NCBI GenBank assembly: GCA_964230645.1
Contig: CAXRHT010000001.1
Coordinates: forward strand, 800,001 to 864,000
Length of the DNA stretch: 64,000 nucleotides
Origin: Bdellovibrionales bacterium
GTDB taxonomy: Bacteria; Bdellovibrionota; Bdellovibrionia; Bdellovibrionales; JAGQZY01
Reading direction: 5' to 3'
Shown in pieces: positions 59,226 to 64,000 of this stretch. The notes beneath the pieces were generated by a model, which saw only the letters and a program-made list of their open reading frames with translations, was not told where the DNA came from and searched no databases. How positions within the stretch are numbered: position 1 is the first letter of the stretch; every line of letters starts with the position of its first letter. The position numbers and the translations under genes are program-made.

Positions 59226-59963
59226 ATGTCTCAAAAATGGGTTTTAGTGACCGGGGCTTCAGGGGGAATTGGAAAAGCCATAGCCAAGCGCTTAGCCAGC
59301 GACGGTTTTTCATTGTTACTTCACTACAACTCAAATGAAGAGGCGGCCCAAAACGTTCTTGAAGAAATAAAAAATCAAGGCGGCCGTGGGCAATTGATCC
59401 AGTTTAATGTCTCCGACTCTTCACAAGTTGAAAAATCTCTCGACGCTTTTTTTCAAAACTTAGAAGGTGAGTTTTACGGGCTCGTCAATAATGCTGGAAT
59501 TCACATTGATACCATGGCTGGTCTGATGAGTGATGAAGACTTTGATAAAGTCATTCAAACAAATCTCTACGGCGCCTTTTATATTTTAAGATATGGTCTT
59601 AAAAAACTCATGCGCAATCGTAAGGGCTCAATTGTCAATATGGCCTCTCTTTCTGGACAAGTGGGAAATGCCGGACAGCTTAATTATGCCGCCAGTAAAG
59701 CCGGACTCGTTGCCATGACAAAAACCTTAAGTGCTGAGTTAGCGAAACGAAACATCCGCGTCAATGCCGTCTCCCCTGGCCTTATTGAAACCGACATGGT
59801 CACTGATATTCCAGGCCTAGAAAATATGGTGAAACAAATCCCTCTACAAAGAATGGGACAGCCTGAAGAAGTCGCTGGTGCCGTCTCATTTTTATTTTCT
59901 GAGGACAGCACCTATATCACTGGTCAAACGATTAGTGTAAACGGAGGACTGTTTCCGGCATGA
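59226..59963 (+). CDS. fabG: 3-oxoacyl-ACP reductase
   Basis: [21 protein letters not shown]. Confidence 0.93.
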   Translation: MSQKWVLVTGASGGIGKAIAKRLASDGFSLLLHYNSNEEAAQNVLEEIKNQGGRGQLIQFNVSDSSQVEKSLDAFFQNLEGEFYGLVNNAGIHIDTMAGLMSDEDFDKVIQTNLYGAFYILRYGLKKLMRNRKGSIVNMASLSGQVGNAGQLNYAASKAGLVAMTKTLSAELAKRNIRVNAVSPGLIETDMVTDIPGLENMVKQIPLQRMGQPEEVAGAVSFLFSEDSTYITGQTISVNGGLFPA

Positions 59964-61198
59964 ATCAAAGAGTTTTTATCACAGGCACAGGCATAATCTC
60001 TTCACTCGGAAATGATGTGGAAACGGTTTTCAAAAACCTTGTCTCGGGACAATCCGGTGTTAAAGCCATGCCCGACTGGAAGCAATACAATGGTTTAAAA
60101 TCTCACCTCATGGCTCCCGCCTGGAAATATGACATCGCAAGCATCCCACGCAAAAAACGACGAAGCATGTCCCCTATGGCGGAAATGGGAGCTCTTGCGA
60201 CTTTTCAGGCCATGAAACAAGCAGGCCTTCCCGATGAAAACCCTTGGGAATCCATCGAAGCCTTGCGCTCTTTATTTATTATGGGTTCCACCTCAGGAAG
60301 TCCAGCCACTCTCGAGGCTCACTTTCAGAAACTTTTCGAAAAAGGGGGACCTGAAGGACAAACTTCCACCGCTTTTTTCAAGATCATGAATCATTCGGTC
60401 CCAGCCAATGTCGCCCTAGCAACAGACTTCAGAGGTCCTCTTCTCTCAACCGGCTCCGCCTGTAGCACAAGTTCACAAGCAATGATCCAGGCTTGGGAAA
60501 TGATCCAATCAGGACTTTATGACTTTGCCATCGTCGGTGGCGCTGATGAAGCCTTTTACACCAGTGCGGCAATCTTTGATACCGTTCAAGCCGCTTCCAC
60601 AGGATACAATGATCGGCCCGATGAATCCCCTCGCCCATTTGATAAGGCTCGCGACGGTTTGGTTATTTCTGAAGGCGCTGGAATGATGATTTTAGAATCG
60701 GAAAAATCAATAGAAAAACGTGGAGTGAAACCACTGGCCGAATTTCTCGGTGGTGCTTACTACTGCGACGGGCAACACATGAGTCAACCGAGCCCGGAAT
60801 CCATGGTGAGTACAATGAACTGGGCTCTTGAGCGCGCAAAATTAAAACCGGAAGGCATTGATTATATAAATGCTCACGCCACCTCTACAGTGCTTGGTGA
60901 CCTCCAAGAAGCGCAGGCTATTTCTGAGGTCTTTGGCGCTGAAACTCCGGTGAGTAGTTTAAAAGGCCACTTTGGTCACTCACTAGCGGCTTGTGGAACC
61001 ATTGAGGCCATTTGTAGTATCGAAATGATGAAAGCCGGCCTTGTCATTAAAAATAGAAATCTTACCGAGACCGATCCGGCCTTAGCTCCTATCAATGCCT
61101 TGTCTAAAAACCAAGAAGGCCGTTACAATAGAATACTGAGTAATAATTTTGCTTTTGGCGGGATGAACACAAGTTTCATCATCGAAAATTGTGAGTGA
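59960..61198 (+). CDS. Beta-ketoacyl-ACP synthase (FabF-like, APE type)
   Basis: [28 protein letters not shown]. Confidence 0.93.
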   Translation: MNQRVFITGTGIISSLGNDVETVFKNLVSGQSGVKAMPDWKQYNGLKSHLMAPAWKYDIASIPRKKRRSMSPMAEMGALATFQAMKQAGLPDENPWESIEALRSLFIMGSTSGSPATLEAHFQKLFEKGGPEGQTSTAFFKIMNHSVPANVALATDFRGPLLSTGSACSTSSQAMIQAWEMIQSGLYDFAIVGGADEAFYTSAAIFDTVQAASTGYNDRPDESPRPFDKARDGLVISEGAGMMILESEKSIEKRGVKPLAEFLGGAYYCDGQHMSQPSPESMVSTMNWALERAKLKPEGIDYINAHATSTVLGDLQEAQAISEVFGAETPVSSLKGHFGHSLAACGTIEAICSIEMMKAGLVIKNRNLTETDPALAPINALSKNQEGRYNRILSNNFAFGGMNTSFIIENCE

Positions 61199-61463
61199 AT
61201 TTATGGAAAAACAAGAATTAATAACCAGAGTGAATGAAGTCATGGTAGAGGGTTTCGAGCTTGATCCTCAGGATCTGAAACCAGAGGCCAAGATTGTTGA
61301 CGACCTTGAACTCGATAGCCTCGATGCCATCGATATGCTTGTGTACTTAGAGGAAAAAATTAACATCAAAGTAGATCCTGAGCGCTTTCGCCAAGTTCGA
61401 ACTCTGAGTGATGTATACGATGTGGTGGAAGAGGTTCTTCAGGAGTCAGGCAAAACCAAATGA
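61191..61463 (+). CDS. Acyl carrier protein
   Basis: DDLELDSLDAID. Confidence 0.92.
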   Translation: MSEFMEKQELITRVNEVMVEGFELDPQDLKPEAKIVDDLELDSLDAIDMLVYLEEKINIKVDPERFRQVRTLSDVYDVVEEVLQESGKTK

Positions 61464-61873
61464 AGTTGAGCGAGTTTTTCCTGGTTACTAACACCTGTCC
61501 AAAGGAGTTTCCAGTCCTTGCCATTATCGGTTGATGCGTTGACCTCGACCGTATGATTGGGTTGAACCAAAGAAATAAACTTCGATCTTTTCATCTCAAT
61601 TTTATTGTAGGTAATACTTGGACAAATATTTTCGAGGAGATAGAAACTGATATCAATAATACTAACCGCCGGTAAAATTGGATTTCCTGGAAAATGGCCT
61701 TCGAAAGAAGGGAGATTCTCACTCACCTCAAAGTTTGCAACCAGATGGGATTCTGATTTTTCTTTGATTTCAAATTTTACTAAATCACGAATTCTTTTAT
61801 CCACCTCTATGTTTGTGCCAAGCCACACTCTTGCGGTCAAGGCATTGCTTCGTGACTCTCTCTTTTCTCTCAC
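61439..61873 (-). CDS. Hotdog-fold dehydratase (ApeI/FabA-like; start uncertain)
   Basis: FEGHFPGNPILPAV, KF...VQP. Confidence 0.82.
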   Translation of the reverse strand: MREKRESRSNALTARVWLGTNIEVDKRIRDLVKFEIKEKSESHLVANFEVSENLPSFEGHFPGNPILPAVSIIDISFYLLENICPSITYNKIEMKRSKFISLVQPNHTVEVNASTDNGKDWKLLWTGVSNQEKLAQLHLVLPDS

Positions 61874-61889
61874 TCAGAGGAGAGACTAA

Positions 61890-62963
61890 ATGAGCTATAT
61901 CCAAGACTTTTCTTGCGCCACATGTCACGGCCTGGGCTCTGAAAGTCTTTGGGAAAGCCTTATGAATGGCGTAATTCAGCCCTCCAAGCAAGAGGGAAAC
62001 TTTCAGCTTTTAAGTCCTAATCGCGAGCCCAACACCTCTTATCGTGAAAACTTTAAAAAAATACTGAGCCACTTAGTTAGAGATTGGAGTTTTGATCAAG
62101 AGAAAAAATTAGGCCTTATTTTTGGCTCAACAAAAGCATTAGTGGAAGACTTTGTGTGGGAGGAAAATTTTCAAGAAGACTGTGATCCTTTCAGCCCTAT
62201 TTTAGATGATCTAGAAGATGGACTTGGAGTTGTCTTTTCTCAAAGAGCCATCATCAGCAATGCTTGCACCTCAAGCCACGGCGCCCTTGAACTGGCGCAG
62301 AGGTGGCTAAAACGTGAAATTTGTGATGAAGTTCTTGTGGTGGCTGGTGATTTGATTGGGCCCTTTACCCTTGAGGGATTTAAAACATTGAGAGCCTTGA
62401 GTCCCAGTGGGATTGCCCGTCCTTTTGATATCAATCGCGACGGTTTAATTCTTGGGGATGGGATGGGGGCTGTCCGCTTGAGCCGTGAAAAACATGACTC
62501 CCTCTTCAAACTTCAATCTGTTTACAGTCTCTGTGAGGGGGTCTCAGCCACAAGACCTGATACAAGCGGTAAAAATTTGGCCACTTGTTACAAAAAAGTT
62601 TTGAGTAAAACACCTGAGCTAGTCATCACCCATGGCACAGGCACCCAATACAATGACCAAACCGAAGCTCAGGCCCTCTGCCAAACAATGAAAAAAGAAA
62701 AGTTTCCTAAAATCACCGGCAGCAAGTGGAGTGTTGGTCACAGCTTAGGAGCCAGTGGCTTGATTGATCTTTGCTTAGCTCTTGAGTGCCTTAAAAGACA
62801 ATCCACACCTGGAATTAATAGCCTCGAACGCTGCGACCTTGAAATTGCGCCCTTTCTTCTTAATAAAACTCAAGAGATGACTATTGAGTCTGTCCTCATC
62901 TCTTCTTTAGGTTTTGGAGGAATGTGCTCAGCCCTTGAATTGGTAAGGGAAACCGGACGATGA
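61890..62963 (+). CDS. Beta-ketoacyl-ACP synthase
   Basis: SNACTSS, THGTGT.YND, GHSLGASG, GFGG. Confidence 0.9.
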   Translation: MSYIQDFSCATCHGLGSESLWESLMNGVIQPSKQEGNFQLLSPNREPNTSYRENFKKILSHLVRDWSFDQEKKLGLIFGSTKALVEDFVWEENFQEDCDPFSPILDDLEDGLGVVFSQRAIISNACTSSHGALELAQRWLKREICDEVLVVAGDLIGPFTLEGFKTLRALSPSGIARPFDINRDGLILGDGMGAVRLSREKHDSLFKLQSVYSLCEGVSATRPDTSGKNLATCYKKVLSKTPELVITHGTGTQYNDQTEAQALCQTMKKEKFPKITGSKWSVGHSLGASGLIDLCLALECLKRQSTPGINSLERCDLEIAPFLLNKTQEMTIESVLISSLGFGGMCSALELVRETGR

Positions 62964-63409
62964 GAATTTCATTTCACAAATCACAATTTAAAATGAGTCA
63001 GCCTCTTGAGGAGCCAGCCTGGAGCTCACAGGTCAATCGCTGGTATCAGCTTGATGGCCCTGCTCTTGCCCTTTGCCAACTTTTTTTCGAGCACGATTTG
63101 GATTTTGACCATCTGGTTCTAGCCTCTCCGGAGGGCTCCAATGAGACCGACCGAGACTTTGCGCAAACAGGGGCTCAGAGGGCTCAAAAGTTCGTTCACA
63201 CTCTACCCAATATTCGAGCCTCTATGGCTCTTCAGCTACGAGAGGAGCCCTGCCCCTTTATTTGCTTTATGGAAGGTGCAAAAACCCTGGAAAAAGCCCT
63301 CAAGGAGTTTTATGCTCTAGCCCTTGAGAATCAAAGACCGGCCCTGGTGAGTGTCTACAAGCTTGGCCCGAACGAATATGAGGCTTGGGCGGCCATCGCC
63401 CGGAATTAG
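62960..63409 (+). CDS. Short non-catalytic KS partner (chain-length-factor-like)
   Basis: TDRDF...KFVHTLPNI motif resembling the short KS-like proteins of flexirubin-type clusters; coupled to the KS. Confidence 0.6.
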   Translation: MRISFHKSQFKMSQPLEEPAWSSQVNRWYQLDGPALALCQLFFEHDLDFDHLVLASPEGSNETDRDFAQTGAQRAQKFVHTLPNIRASMALQLREEPCPFICFMEGAKTLEKALKEFYALALENQRPALVSVYKLGPNEYEAWAAIARN

Positions 63410-63427
63410 AATTGGAGTGAGTGCGGA

Positions 63428-64000
63428 ATGGAAAAAATGGTCCCTGTAAATTTAAATGGAGAAGGATTGGATTTTTCCCAATTAACGCCCCTGATCTTTG
63501 ATTCCAAATTCAAGGCTCAGGTGAGTCTTCCAGACTCAAAAAAAATTAATGCAAACCACAAAAAGTTACTTGAGGCGATTGATCGCAATGAAACCATTTA
63601 CGGCGTTACCACAGGATTTGGTGACAGCTCCAGACGTGTGCTCACTCCCGCCAAAGCAGAGGATTTGCAAGCTCATCTCATTACCTATCTTACCTGTGGA
63701 GTGGGCTCTCTTTTGCCAGAGCCGGTATGCCGAGCCGTTACGATTTTTAGACTTCACTCTCTTTCCCAAGGAATTTCGGCGGTCAGCTTTGAGCTGCTTG
63801 AAAGAATGAAATGGCTGGTTGAAGAAGATATTGTTCCTCAAATTCCTTCGCAAGGATCTCTGGGTGCTAGTGGTGACCTTGTTCCTCTGGCCTATCTTGC
63901 GCAAGTGGTGCAAGGAAAGGGGCGTATTTGGCACAAGGGTGTCAGTAAAGACATGGCTTCTCTATGTAGGGAAATGCACGTTCCTGAGTACAAGCTAAAA
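63428..64000 (+). CDS. Aromatic amino-acid ammonia-lyase (HAL/PAL/TAL family), partial (missing from the ORF track)
   Basis: Manual translation from ATG 63428 is open to the edge: IYGVTTGFG, LQAHLITYLTCGVG, GSLGASGDLVPLAY (MIO-forming ASG). Confidence 0.92.
   Translation, partial: MEKMVPVNLNGEGLDFSQLTPLIFDSKFKAQVSLPDSKKINANHKKLLEAIDRNETIYGVTTGFGDSSRRVLTPAKAEDLQAHLITYLTCGVGSLLPEPVCRAVTIFRLHSLSQGISAVSFELLERMKWLVEEDIVPQIPSQGSLGASGDLVPLAYLAQVVQGKGRIWHKGVSKDMASLCREMHVPEYKLK

Larger units (their letters stand above)
42229..64000. other. Aryl-polyene/flexirubin-type biosynthetic gene cluster (incomplete at the right edge)
   Basis: 3 KS, 2 CLF-like, 2 ACP, FabG, 2 dehydratases, GT2, 2 acyltransferases, LolA, MMPL, C45, CE4 deacetylase, FAD oxidoreductase, ammonia-lyase. 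Confidence 0.85.

Noticed and set aside
63549..63934. ORFs 63549..63809 (+) and 63566..63934 (-)
   Set aside because: Alternative frames of the ammonia-lyase starting at 63428.

Overview
A 64-kb bacterial chromosomal window, most likely from a predatory Bdellovibrionota. That assignment is inferred from a Bdellovibrio-type adhesive fibre gene, an AgmX/PglI-domain gene, a TIGR02147-like regulator and many orphan secreted proteins and proteases. It has three parts. (1) 1-23.3 kb is an accessory region of secreted proteins, S8 and S1 proteases, fliL and a 2345-aa mosaic fibre adhesin. It also holds an AT-rich four-gene cassette (secreted 112-aa peptide/protein, orphan family-5 solute-binding protein, minimal YcaO-like enzyme, orphan histidine kinase) in which the peptide C-terminus and the binding-protein N-terminus overlap by 128 bp in different frames. 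This cassette is the best candidate for an undescribed system, possibly peptide/RiPP signalling. (2) 23.7-42.2 kb is housekeeping: rhomboid, mce, HIT, rpsA, cmk, hisC, ilvA, NhaC, tpiA-pgk-gap, tatD-holB-tmk, secG and a type IV pilin. (3) 42.2-64 kb is a rearranged aryl-polyene/flexirubin-type biosynthetic cluster that runs off the right edge in an aromatic ammonia-lyase. Intergenic regions carry a modular family of long palindromes, including two copies with a conserved, covarying 78-nt core but largely unrelated 43-46-bp near-perfect arms. No rRNA, tRNA, CRISPR array, transposase or integrase was seen. All family assignments come from motifs recognised by eye, not from database searches.
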